Positions 30,512 to 40,041 of a DNA stretch of 64,000 nucleotides are shown here, piece after piece. Below the pieces are notes generated by a model that was not told the origin of the DNA, did no database searches, and saw only the letters and a list, made by a program, of their open reading frames with translations. The stretch is from Promethearchaeota archaeon (lineage in GTDB: Archaea; Asgardarchaeota; Lokiarchaeia; Sigyniarchaeales; SOKP01): the NCBI GenBank assembly GCA_019057865.1, contig JAHLWP010000001.1:178668-242667 (forward strand). The letters are read 5' to 3'. How positions within the stretch are numbered: position 1 is the first letter of the stretch; each line of letters starts with the position of its first letter. Made by a program: the position numbers and the translations under genes.

Positions 30512-30540
30512 CTCAATTTTTTAAAACTCAATTTTTTAAA
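30511..30540. repeat. 15-bp direct tandem repeat at the start of gene 29936-30511
   Basis: ACTCAATTTTTTAAA x2, adjacent to the palindrome TTGACA-CTTT-TGTCAA (30496-30511). Confidence 0.75.
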
Positions 30541-30847
30541 AGTTTATAGAGATTATTATTAATATTTGTATATATTTTTTGATTAGTCCATTTTTTATTA
30601 ACTTTGATTTTATAAAAAAAAACTATGGATACTCATTCACTAAGTAACTCTTATAAGCGAGAGAATATTTGAGAAGCATTTTTTATCGAAGGGAAAAAAT
30701 TTAGCGAACATTTAAATTGCTTTTTGCAACTCTTCTTATTATTCTCTCTATAAAGAGGGTTTTAGATCAATAAAACAAATTTGGATTAATTTTATATTTT
30801 TGATATTAATTTTAGTTAAATAAAAAAAAAAATTTAAAAAGATCAAA

Positions 30848-30928
30848 TGTTAAGTTTTATTAACGCTTTTAAATTCAGATTTTTCAAAGATCAAAACATT
30901 TAAATATTTATGTTAAGTTTATTTAACA
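30848..30928. promoter_or_regulatory. Two 18-bp palindromic XRE-type operators
   Basis: TGTTAAGTTTTATTAACG (30848-30865) and TGTTAAGTTTATTTAACA (30911-30928), consensus TGTTAA-N6-TTAACA, just upstream of two XRE-HTH genes. Confidence 0.7.
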
Positions 30929-30969
30929 TAGAATGAATTAATATTTTTTTAAAAAAAAGGAGGAAAAAA

Positions 30970-31818
30970 ATGAATAAAGAAAATTTTTCATATGAAGGGA
31001 CGATTTCGAACAGTTATAGAAATAAAGAAGTATTAAAGGGGGGATTAATTTTTCTTTTGATACTTAGTGCAGTTACAACGTTAGCAACATTCCTTTCTTG
31101 GGTTGCAGTTACTGATGATGGAATTAATCCTGAAAATTTCACAAATCTTGTTATATTATTAGTGATTTTATTTGTATTTATAATTCCATTTACAATAATA
31201 ATGGTAATACAAATTTGGTATTACACTGCTTATGTACATAAATTCTCTTACAAAATATCAGAAGATCACATAGTTATTAATCATGGTGTTTTTACACAAG
31301 TGAGAGCAACTATTCCTCATAGTCGAATTCAAAATATTAACATAGTAAATGGCGTTTTTGACAGAATGTTTAAAACATTTACAGTTAAAATTGAAACTGC
31401 TGGATCAGCTGCTGCTGCCGCTAGTGCTCAAAAGGGCATATTACGACCAGAGGGATATATCCCTGGTCTCAAAGATCCCTATATCATCGAAAATAAAATA
31501 AAAGAAATGATGACAAAGTATTCTGCTGTACCCTCTGGATTAGAAGATAAAATATTCAAACCAGAAGAGCTCGCATTTGATAACTTCATTAGTTATATTC
31601 TCTCAAAAATGAGAGAAGGGGAAAAACTAAAGACATCAATAAAAGAATTGAGAGAGAAGAATAATATGTCAACTGCTCAATTGGCTGAAAAAGTAGGAGT
31701 CCCCATTCAAACAATAAATTATTTGGAAGAAGGTAGATATAATCCTAGCTTAACATTAGCATATAACATTGCTGAAGTATTGAATTGTAGAATCGAAGAT
31801 CTTTTTAAAATGGTTTAA
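30970..31818 (+). CDS. 2-TM + bPH_2 (YdbS-like) domain fused to a C-terminal XRE/Cro HTH
   Basis: Two TM helices; bPH_2 pattern YKISEDHIVINHGVF..IPHSRIQNINIVNGVFDRMF..VKIETAG; HTH IKELREKNNMSTAQLAEKVGV...EEGRYNPSLTLAYNIA. GGAGG Shine-Dalgarno upstream. Confidence 0.85.
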   Translation: MNKENFSYEGTISNSYRNKEVLKGGLIFLLILSAVTTLATFLSWVAVTDDGINPENFTNLVILLVILFVFIIPFTIIMVIQIWYYTAYVHKFSYKISEDHIVINHGVFTQVRATIPHSRIQNINIVNGVFDRMFKTFTVKIETAGSAAAAASAQKGILRPEGYIPGLKDPYIIENKIKEMMTKYSAVPSGLEDKIFKPEELAFDNFISYILSKMREGEKLKTSIKELREKNNMSTAQLAEKVGVPIQTINYLEEGRYNPSLTLAYNIAEVLNCRIEDLFKMV

Positions 31819-31901
31819 TTTTAAGTTTTTATTTCCTTTTTTTATTTTTAATTTAAATATAATATTAAATAGGTTAGTAAACACTGAAATTTAGGAAGAA
31901 A

Positions 31902-32300
31902 TTGGTCACAAGGATAAAAGAACTGAGAGATGAGAGAAATCTTAAACAGCTAGAATTAGCTGGCTTAGTAGGTGTTTCTCGCCAAACTATTTATTTTTTA
32001 GAAAAAGGATCATATAATCCTTCCTTAACATTATCTCTAAAAATTGCAGAAATTTTTAATAAAACGATAGAAGAAGTTTTCTATTTTGAACCTATAATTA
32101 AAGATGTATTGGGAAGTAAAACATTAGATGAATTAGAAGATATATCTGAAAAATCGGGAGTTAATACAGAGAGATTAATAAAGTTAAAGGATTTAAATGA
32201 CGAGCAATTATTAAATAATTTCAACGAAAAAGAATTGTTCAAGATTGCTCGAGCTATTGGAGAGAGTTTTGATGCTATTTTTACAAAGAATTTGATTTGA
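31902..32300 (+). CDS. XRE family transcriptional regulator with a second degenerate HTH
   Basis: RIKELRDERNLKQLELAGLVGVSRQTIYFLEKGSYNPSLTLSLKIA; C-terminal LEDISEKSGV...LFKIARAIG. Confidence 0.88.
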   Translation: MVTRIKELRDERNLKQLELAGLVGVSRQTIYFLEKGSYNPSLTLSLKIAEIFNKTIEEVFYFEPIIKDVLGSKTLDELEDISEKSGVNTERLIKLKDLNDEQLLNNFNEKELFKIARAIGESFDAIFTKNLI

Positions 32301-32458
32301 ATCATTATATAATAATATTACTACATAACAAAATTATGTTACTCTGGTATTACAGATGTATTATAACTCTTTTTTTTTCTCTATTATATAGATTTTAATG
32401 ATTCGATGAGAATATTCTCCAAACTTTTTAAATTTTTACAATTAACTGCTTTCAGATT

Positions 32459-33223
32459 ATGATTTGCGATATTGTGATTATTCGGGATGGCTTACCGTTA
32501 TTATCTAAGAGCTTTAATGATCCTTCTAGTTCACAAACTCTTTTTACTCAAGGAGATAACCTTATTATGGCATCAGGCTTTTTTTCAGCATTAAATTCAT
32601 TTTCAGATTCCTTTGAGGATTTAGGAAATATCAGTGAAATAAAATTAGCAAATAATAACCTAAAAGTATCTTTTCTGAGAGATTCAAGCATTCCAAATTT
32701 AATATTTTTAGCGACATATGATGAAAATTCCAAGGAATTAACAGTTCAAAGTGTTTTAAAAAAAATTTCTAACTCATTTTTACAAAAATATAATCATAAT
32801 CAAATATTAGAGTGGAGTGGGAGTAAATATACTTTTAAATCATTTGAACAGGAAATTACGCGATACATAAATGAAGAGCAAGATAAAATTAAAACAAAGT
32901 CTAATCATAACATTAATGATGTTCTTAATAGTTTAGGAATTAAGATCGAAGATACTGCAAATTCAATAATTGCTAGGGTTGATGAAATAGAAGAAAAGAA
33001 TCTTTCATTACCAGAATATTATAAACATATACCACATTTCACAATATCCAAAAAAATTAACCCTAAATTTTACTTAACTGGTGAAACTTCTCATAAAGTT
33101 TTCTATCAGATTGATGGGAAAAAATCAATTGAATCAATAGCAAAAGAGTTGAGTATCGAACCAGAAAAAGTCTATAATATTTCTAAAAATTTAATAAAAT
33201 TAGGTTTTATATCAATATTTTAA
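32459..33223 (+). CDS. Longin/roadblock-like N-terminal domain plus C-terminal winged helix
   Basis: IVIIRDGLPLL...MASGFFSALNSFS...ISEIKL longin-like pattern; IDGKKSIESIAKEL...LIKLGFI wHTH. Confidence 0.65.
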   Translation: MICDIVIIRDGLPLLSKSFNDPSSSQTLFTQGDNLIMASGFFSALNSFSDSFEDLGNISEIKLANNNLKVSFLRDSSIPNLIFLATYDENSKELTVQSVLKKISNSFLQKYNHNQILEWSGSKYTFKSFEQEITRYINEEQDKIKTKSNHNINDVLNSLGIKIEDTANSIIARVDEIEEKNLSLPEYYKHIPHFTISKKINPKFYLTGETSHKVFYQIDGKKSIESIAKELSIEPEKVYNISKNLIKLGFISIF

Positions 33224-33252
33224 AGAGTTTAATCCATTAATTTGTATTTTAA

Positions 33253-33561
33253 TTATTGCTTATGTTTTCTTCTCTCTTGTTGCTTTTTTCTTCTCTTTTC
33301 TGCTTCTTGGATATCCTCTTCTAATTGTTCTAATCTTGCTGAATCTTTACCAGTAAATTTAAATTCACCATAAATCTTACTTTCTTCTTTTTGACCAGAT
33401 TTAGAAATTTTTTCAAAAGAAATTGTAATAGGTTTATCTTGTTTAAGAGCTAAATTAATAAAATTAATAAAACCAATATGTTTACTGGGTGCTATGTTAA
33501 ATTTCAAGCAAATTTCTTTATTTTTCTTAGTTCTTGTTTTTAGGGTTAAACGTAATTTCAA
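33253..33561 (-). CDS. Small basic hypothetical protein
   Basis: 102-aa ORF with a Lys/Arg-rich C-terminal helix. Confidence 0.6.
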   Translation of the reverse strand: MKLRLTLKTRTKKNKEICLKFNIAPSKHIGFINFINLALKQDKPITISFEKISKSGQKEESKIYGEFKFTGKDSARLEQLEEDIQEAEKRRKKQQERRKHKQ

Positions 33562-33754
33562 GAATTCCCACTTTTTATTAAAAATTTAAATTAATTATAT
33601 ATTTTAAAAGTACCAAAATAAAAAAATTATATTATAATCATAATTTCGTATATAATAATATTTTAAATCAAAAAATCAATATTAAGATATTTAAATGCGA
33701 ATTTCAAATATTTAGTATATTAAAAACTTCAAAAAATCAAGAAAATTTGATAAA

Positions 33755-34378
33755 ATGCCTTCGAAATTTAGGATACGATATATTTTTCACCCTTTAGTTG
33801 AGATTCTCGCTAAATGCTGCATTAAAATTGGTATCACACCAAATTTAGCGACAATTTTTATGTTCTTTTTTGCTATACTTAGTGCAATTTCTCTTATTTT
33901 ATTCTCTAGTCTTTTGTTTTCTGCAATTTTTATATTTATTACCGGGATTATGGATGGAATTGACGGTGCTATTGCTAGATTAACAGGAAAAAGCTCATCA
34001 TTTGGTAGTTTTTTCGATTCTATTATGGACAGATTTTCAGAATTTATAATTTTTTTTGGGCTTATGGTTTTTTGTTGGGATAAGATGCTCTGGAATCTTT
34101 TTGATATGAATTTAATAGTAACTATAGCTTTTTTAGGTTCAATTATGATTAGTTATATTAGAGCAAGAGCTTACGTATTTTTTAAGGGAGATTTTGATAT
34201 TGGGTTAATGGCCAGATCAGAAAGACTATTTTATATTTTTATAACAATGCTAATCGCTTTTTTTTTTGGATTTATGAACGAGCTTCTTTTTGTTTTTATG
34301 TGGCTTGTAATTGGAACAGCAATATTTAGATTTGTAAAAATTAATAAACAAATAAAAAAAGAAGTAAATGAACAATAA
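33755..34378 (+). CDS. CDP-alcohol phosphatidyltransferase (archaetidylinositol-phosphate synthase-like)
   Basis: TPN, DGIDGAIARLTGKSSSFGSFFDSIMDRFSE signature, SYIRARA, RSER. Confidence 0.92.
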   Translation: MPSKFRIRYIFHPLVEILAKCCIKIGITPNLATIFMFFFAILSAISLILFSSLLFSAIFIFITGIMDGIDGAIARLTGKSSSFGSFFDSIMDRFSEFIIFFGLMVFCWDKMLWNLFDMNLIVTIAFLGSIMISYIRARAYVFFKGDFDIGLMARSERLFYIFITMLIAFFFGFMNELLFVFMWLVIGTAIFRFVKINKQIKKEVNEQ

Positions 34379-34387
34379 GTAATTATA

Positions 34388-35098
34388 TTATTCTTTTATT
34401 AATTCAATTCTTACTCTATCACCATCATGTAAATTCAATATATCTCTTAAATAAGGTTCTGCCAAGATCTCAACAATATTTTTCTTATGGTGTGTTCTTT
34501 TAATTTTTAATATTGCTGCATTTACCTTTTTTTCTTGATTATCTAAACGAGAGACAAAACAATAATGACAATCAACTGAACCGAAAGTCCGTCCCTCCTC
34601 GACATCTTTAAATCCATCGATTTTAACAGGGATTCGATTTTTTAAATTTTCCATTAATAATTCATAATTAAGATCGCTTAGTTGGAGATTTAATGTTCCA
34701 AAAAAAGGAATAAATCTTAATTTTTCCTGAAACTGCTTAAGATAGTTTTTAATTTTGACATAATAATGACCCTCTCCTATCCCAGTAGTAACCTCCCCTA
34801 CAATTAAAATACTTTCTAGAATTTGTTTCAAACTTTTATACATTGCAAGTATTGCATCAGCGCCTTTTTTAGTTATTCTTATTATTTGCTCTTTTGCTTC
34901 AATCTTCCTCTCAATCCATCCAATTTCTTCTAAGGTATTAATCCTTCTTGATGCTGTTTGTTGAGATAAGTTTAAAACCTTTCCAAACTCAACACTACTA
35001 ATATGAATTGCTTTCTGGCTCCCAATGTTATGAGATAGGTGATAAAGAGCAAACCAATTTGCATAGTTTTCTGGTGTAATTTCCTTTTCTTTTGACAT
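34388..35098 (-). CDS. ribK: CTP-dependent riboflavin kinase with N-terminal wHTH (RbkR-type)
   Basis: wHTH LSQQTASRRI; kinase GEVTTGIGEG, PFFGTLNL, RTHH...VEILA...YLR. Confidence 0.9.
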   Translation of the reverse strand: MSKEKEITPENYANWFALYHLSHNIGSQKAIHISSVEFGKVLNLSQQTASRRINTLEEIGWIERKIEAKEQIIRITKKGADAILAMYKSLKQILESILIVGEVTTGIGEGHYYVKIKNYLKQFQEKLRFIPFFGTLNLQLSDLNYELLMENLKNRIPVKIDGFKDVEEGRTFGSVDCHYCFVSRLDNQEKKVNAAILKIKRTHHKKNIVEILAEPYLRDILNLHDGDRVRIELIKE

Positions 35099-35107
35099 AT
35101 TACCTTT

Positions 35108-35554
35108 TTATGATTGGTTCTTCTTATATTTTTCAATTATTTTCTTTTTAATAAGACTAGAGCTATGTAATTTGAATTTATTATAATAATTTTCTAATCT
35201 TCTTACCTCTATATGCTTCAATCCTTTCATTTTAAGAGCATTTTGAAGTTTTTGAGCGCTAAATTTTTGATCAGGTCCTAAAAGTATAATATCTGGATTT
35301 ATCTCTTCAACTGTTCTAAGTGTATCATTATCATGCCTTCCTAATTTTACATCTTTAACATTTTTTATACTTTTCATTACTTCATATCTTTGTTGTTCAG
35401 GCACAATTGGAGCTTCTCCAGAATATAATTCCCTATTTTTGTCAGTAGCTATTACAATATATACATCACCTAATTTTGCCGCTTCATTTATCAGAAAAAT
35501 ATGTCCCGGATGCAAAATATCGAACGTTCCAGCCACTAAGATTTTTTTTTTCAT
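35108..35554 (-). CDS. ribL: Archaeal FAD synthase
   Basis: AGTFDILHPGH, PDIILLGPDQ, SSSLIK; adjacent to ribK. Confidence 0.9.
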   Translation of the reverse strand: MKKKILVAGTFDILHPGHIFLINEAAKLGDVYIVIATDKNRELYSGEAPIVPEQQRYEVMKSIKNVKDVKLGRHDNDTLRTVEEINPDIILLGPDQKFSAQKLQNALKMKGLKHIEVRRLENYYNKFKLHSSSLIKKKIIEKYKKNQS

Positions 35555-35588
35555 CTAATTTCACTTAATTATTTATTTTATTAATCTA

Positions 35589-37148
35589 TTATTCTTTAAC
35601 TTTAAATGAAAGACCAATAAAAACCGGTCCTCTTATATCAATCTTTTTTTGTTTTGAATGAATGAACTCTAGAATAATTTCATCAATTTCAATATTGATT
35701 TCTGAAGCTCTATAACACATCTTTACTCTATGTTCATAATTATATTTGTTTTGATCAAAAAGGATTTCAATATTATAAGCCATTTCTGAAGCAATTCCTT
35801 CTAGATAAGTCATTCCAGTATCAATACCTTCAGCGGGACTCTCTTCTTGAGGTAACCCTAAAATGTTCCCCTTTTTTACCCAGATTTTATTTAAACATGC
35901 TGGACCAAGAAGTTTAACTCCTTTATCTTTTTCCCAAATAGTTACTTCAATAGTTCGATCCCTAATAATACCCTCCCAAGCTTTAATTTCAACCGGCGCA
36001 GAATCATCTTTATGATTAATTGCGGCATTGATTATAGCATTTTTAATTTCAATTCCTTTTTCGGTAAATGGAATCTTTTTATATTTGATTCCTTTACTAA
36101 TTTGATCATCGGAAAAGGAAATATCTTCAAAAAAATAGGGATAAACTATTTTTCTAATATCTTCAATTTCAGTTTTTATCATGCAAATTCTTTCTACTCC
36201 AAAACCAATATTAAAAACAGGATATTCAATCATATATTGAGCAAGGCTAACAGGGCTATAAAAACCTCCATCTCCAATTTCTATCCATTCTTTTGTTTTT
36301 GGATGTTCAACAAAAATTTCAAATTCTGTTTGTGGAGCATAATATTTTGAAGTAGCTTTTTTAATTTCAGTTCTACTATTTTTAAAGCCAATTTCTTCAC
36401 AAATTTCGGAAGTAATCCTTTGACAATCTTCTAGAGAAATCTCTTCAGCCATAATTACAATTGATAGAGTATTAGAACAATACAAATGAGTTGCATCAAT
36501 TTTCTGTTCTCTTCTAAATTTTGGAGCTATTGTAAAATATTGTAAGGGTAATCTTTTTTTTCTAATTAAATTACCCAATACTTTAAACCATAATGCTGTT
36601 GTATGACTTCTTAAAGTTGTTTTTGTAGGTATAGGTTTTAACTGTTTTAATTCAGGAAATATTTTGTTAATTATTTCAGAAGCTTCACTTTCTTTAAAAT
36701 TTAATTTATTGATAAAAATTTCAATGAAATCATCAGCTTCTATCTTGCCTTTTTTGTAATCTCTAAATATTTGTTTTAAAGAATCAATATCCTTAAAATT
36801 AGGTACTACATCTCGAATTTTATTGATTTTTTCTTTAGAAATACCTATATCAGGACGTGGAAGCCCAGCTAAATAAAATAACCTATCAAGAATTAAAGCT
36901 GCTTCTGGACCATACTGTTTATAGATTTCCTCTTCTTCAACAAACATAGGAAGGATTAATTCTTCAAATCCTAGAGATATCATCTTTACTCTTGCATCAG
37001 AGATAAAATCATTTACAATATGAGATTTCCCCTTCTTTTCTAAATTGAAATACTTTCCTTTCAGTTTTAAGAGGTTTTTTGTATCTAGCCATACTTTTTC
37101 ATAATTAATCATACTTTCTCGTTTGATCTTTTCAAAATCAAAAGGCAT
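35589..37148 (-). CDS. sepS: O-phosphoserine--tRNA(Cys) ligase (SepRS)
   Basis: QYGPEAALILDRLFYLAGLPRPDIG, TLRSHTT, FRREQKIDATHL, SKYYAP, YSPVSLAQY, IDIRGPVF. Confidence 0.93.
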   Translation of the reverse strand: MPFDFEKIKRESMINYEKVWLDTKNLLKLKGKYFNLEKKGKSHIVNDFISDARVKMISLGFEELILPMFVEEEEIYKQYGPEAALILDRLFYLAGLPRPDIGISKEKINKIRDVVPNFKDIDSLKQIFRDYKKGKIEADDFIEIFINKLNFKESEASEIINKIFPELKQLKPIPTKTTLRSHTTALWFKVLGNLIRKKRLPLQYFTIAPKFRREQKIDATHLYCSNTLSIVIMAEEISLEDCQRITSEICEEIGFKNSRTEIKKATSKYYAPQTEFEIFVEHPKTKEWIEIGDGGFYSPVSLAQYMIEYPVFNIGFGVERICMIKTEIEDIRKIVYPYFFEDISFSDDQISKGIKYKKIPFTEKGIEIKNAIINAAINHKDDSAPVEIKAWEGIIRDRTIEVTIWEKDKGVKLLGPACLNKIWVKKGNILGLPQEESPAEGIDTGMTYLEGIASEMAYNIEILFDQNKYNYEHRVKMCYRASEINIEIDEIILEFIHSKQKKIDIRGPVFIGLSFKVKE

Positions 37149-37180
37149 TTTTAATCTTCATTAAATTAATTATGAAAGGA

Positions 37181-37801
37181 TTAATCCTCCTTTACATTAT
37201 CTTCAATACATCTTTTAAGATCATTCATCTGAAGAGATATTGATATATCTCCTCTAGTTTTTTGAATAATCATTCTTGCTCGATCAGTTTTTTGCCTTAG
37301 ATCTTGTATTAATCCCGAAGGGTAATCGAGTGAAAACAAATTAGAATAAATATCATCCATATTTTCTAATATTTCATTGAGATCTTTCACTTGAGAATTT
37401 CTTATATTATCTAGTGCATATCTCCGTAGTTCTCCTATAACATCAGCTAACCCTAAAGCAAAATTTAATGGATCGATTTTCATTTCATGGGGACTAGGGA
37501 GATTTTTTTTTAAGGTAATTGAATAAAATGAAACTGCTTCTGCGTATTCTTGTTCAGGTGTTTTCAAATATTTATAAAAAATACCAGGGTTTTTATTAAC
37601 CAGTGATACTAGTTTCTCATGATTATTTTTTATTAATTGTATTTTTATTTCATATTGATCAAATTCTTTCCTATGGATAGATTTTATCGCAATACTACAG
37701 TCTCGAATTATTATTCGAGATATTTTTAAAATCTCTTCTCTATCGAGATCTAATTTGTCTAATGATTCAGTTAATTCTGAAAAAATATTTTTAAGAGTCA
37801 T
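37181..37801 (-). CDS. Translin/TRAX (C3PO-like) family protein
   Basis: REEILKISR, QEYAEA, LGLADVIGELRR, LRQKTD. Confidence 0.88.
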   Translation of the reverse strand: MTLKNIFSELTESLDKLDLDREEILKISRIIIRDCSIAIKSIHRKEFDQYEIKIQLIKNNHEKLVSLVNKNPGIFYKYLKTPEQEYAEAVSFYSITLKKNLPSPHEMKIDPLNFALGLADVIGELRRYALDNIRNSQVKDLNEILENMDDIYSNLFSLDYPSGLIQDLRQKTDRARMIIQKTRGDISISLQMNDLKRCIEDNVKED

Positions 37802-37927
37802 CCTTATAGATAATTATTTTAGTAATAATTCATTTGAATTTTAAATGTAATTATATATCTGAAGTAAGTAAAATATTTAGGATTTTTCATTAAAGATTTA
37901 GTAGGAAAAAAAATAAGGGAGATTACT

Positions 37928-39988
37928 ATGAAAATTTTAATAATTCATTCTGAAGGCGTTGAAGTTATTAAAAATAAGGAAGCTACAAGCAATCCTCAAG
38001 ATTTTTCTGAAAATTTCATAAAAATGGATGGATTAGTTTTAGTAGCTTATGTTTCTGTAGAAGATCAAGATACTTATGATACTGATTTAATTGCTAGCCA
38101 AGGAGCAGAGGAAATTGAAGCAGCAATACTACAAATTACGGGATTTCCAGAAAAGCTTCGTCAAAAAAATGAGGAGATAAGAGGATACAATAAAAAGATT
38201 GAGATAGGCGAGATTAAAGGAAAACCAAGAAAATTATTAGAACTTATTAAAGATCGTGATATGTATCGTGTTGATAAAGTCTTAGTTTATCCATGGGCAC
38301 ATTTAAGCAAATTTCTTAGCAATGACCAAAATGCTATGGAAGTTTGTCCTAAAATAGCTAAATTTTTAGAAGAAAGAGGTATTGAAGCAAAATTTTCTCC
38401 ATTTGGATGGTACAAATCATTCAAAGTTAACTGTTTGGGTCATGAAATGGCAGAAATGTATAGAGATGTGAAATTGGCTATTAAACCTGAAGAACAAGTT
38501 AAAAATTCAGTATTTAAAATTATTACAACTTCAGGTAATGAAATAGAGTTAGAATTTGATGAAAATAATGAAGTGATACCACCTAAAGAAATAAAAGATC
38601 AAGATTTTTATTCATTCCTAAAATCAGAATTAGGCTCTAGGAAAATGGATAAATCATTTGAACCAGCTCATATAAAAGTGATGAAAAATTTTGAATTGGT
38701 AGATTTTGATCCTAATACAGATGCAGGAAATTTCAGATGGTATACTAAAGGAGTTATTATGAAGAATTTAATCAAAAATTTCATAGAAGATAGATTAATA
38801 GATTATGGGGCAATACTTATTGAGACACCAATCATGTATACAGTAAAAAATAAAAAATTAACAGCTCAAACAGCTCGATTTCCAGCGAGAAGTTATTGGC
38901 TTGAATCTGGAAAAAATAGATACATTTTAAGATATGCGAGTGATTTCCTTCTATTCGATTTATTCTCTCAAATGAATTTGAAACCTCATTACTTTCCATT
39001 ACGAGTATATGAATTTGAACAATATGATTTTCGAAGAGAACAAGAAGGTGAGTTATCGGGATTGAGAAGACTACGTGGTTTTATCATGCCTGATCTTCAC
39101 ACTCTGTGTAAAGATTTGGAATCTTCAATTGAAGAGTTTATAAAGCAATATGATTTAATTAAGAATCTGGAAAACGAATTAGGCATAAAAAGTTATGTTA
39201 TATTTAGAGTGACACAAGATTTTTATGAGAAAAATAATGATTGGATTATTAACTTAATTAAAACAGAACAACACCCCACCTTATTAGAATTATGGGAAGA
39301 TAGATATTATTATTATATATTAAAATTAGAGAGAAATGTACTTTCAGCTCAAAATAGAAGTGCTACATTAGCCACAAACCAGATTGATGTAGAGAGTTCA
39401 TTGGAGTATATGATTGATAATGAAGGCAAGAAAAGAGAAAAATATAATATTTCCTTTACTGATACTGATGGTAGACTTAAACATCCAATCATATTACACA
39501 ATTCTCCCACAGGTGGATTAGAAAGAGTTTTATGGGGTTTGATTGAAAGTGCTATTCGAAATAAAGATAAGATAGTACCTGGATTTAAAACATGGTTATC
39601 TCCAATTCAAGTACGAATTATTACTGTTAGTGAAAATCAAAATATTTATGCTGAAAAAATTCTAGAAATGGTAAATAAGGAATCTTATAGAGCTGATTTT
39701 GATGACAGAAATGAAACCTTAAATAAAAAGATCAGACAAGCAGAAGTTGAATGGATTCCATATATAGTTATAATTGGGAAGAATGAACAAGATAATCAAA
39801 CAATCTCGGTAAGAAAAAGACTAATTGGTCAGCCCTTTGGACCAAAAAAAAGTACTTCTAAACAATTCAATAATATCAAATTAGGAGAATTATATAAAAT
39901 GCTTGAAGAAGATACAAGAGGTTTTCCTAAGTATAAACTTCCAATCCCATTTCGAAAATTCTCTAGTAAAGTGTACTTCAGACACTAG
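37928..39988 (+). CDS. thrS: Threonine--tRNA ligase (archaeal type with N-terminal editing domain)
   Basis: MKILIIH, VYPWAHLS, PFGWYKSF, FRREQEGELSGLRRLRGF, PDLH, ILHNSP, WLSPIQVR. Confidence 0.97.
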   Translation: MKILIIHSEGVEVIKNKEATSNPQDFSENFIKMDGLVLVAYVSVEDQDTYDTDLIASQGAEEIEAAILQITGFPEKLRQKNEEIRGYNKKIEIGEIKGKPRKLLELIKDRDMYRVDKVLVYPWAHLSKFLSNDQNAMEVCPKIAKFLEERGIEAKFSPFGWYKSFKVNCLGHEMAEMYRDVKLAIKPEEQVKNSVFKIITTSGNEIELEFDENNEVIPPKEIKDQDFYSFLKSELGSRKMDKSFEPAHIKVMKNFELVDFDPNTDAGNFRWYTKGVIMKNLIKNFIEDRLIDYGAILIETPIMYTVKNKKLTAQTARFPARSYWLESGKNRYILRYASDFLLFDLFSQMNLKPHYFPLRVYEFEQYDFRREQEGELSGLRRLRGFIMPDLHTLCKDLESSIEEFIKQYDLIKNLENELGIKSYVIFRVTQDFYEKNNDWIINLIKTEQHPTLLELWEDRYYYYILKLERNVLSAQNRSATLATNQIDVESSLEYMIDNEGKKREKYNISFTDTDGRLKHPIILHNSPTGGLERVLWGLIESAIRNKDKIVPGFKTWLSPIQVRIITVSENQNIYAEKILEMVNKESYRADFDDRNETLNKKIRQAEVEWIPYIVIIGKNEQDNQTISVRKRLIGQPFGPKKSTSKQFNNIKLGELYKMLEEDTRGFPKYKLPIPFRKFSSKVYFRH

Positions 39989-40041
39989 CTATCATTAATT
40001 TATGTTTTTATTAATAAAATCAAATATAATGTTATAAAAAA

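Noticed and set aside
35589-37148. Calling this PheRS alpha
   Set aside because: The length, N-terminus and GPEAxxxLDRxFYLAGLPRP motif fit SepRS.
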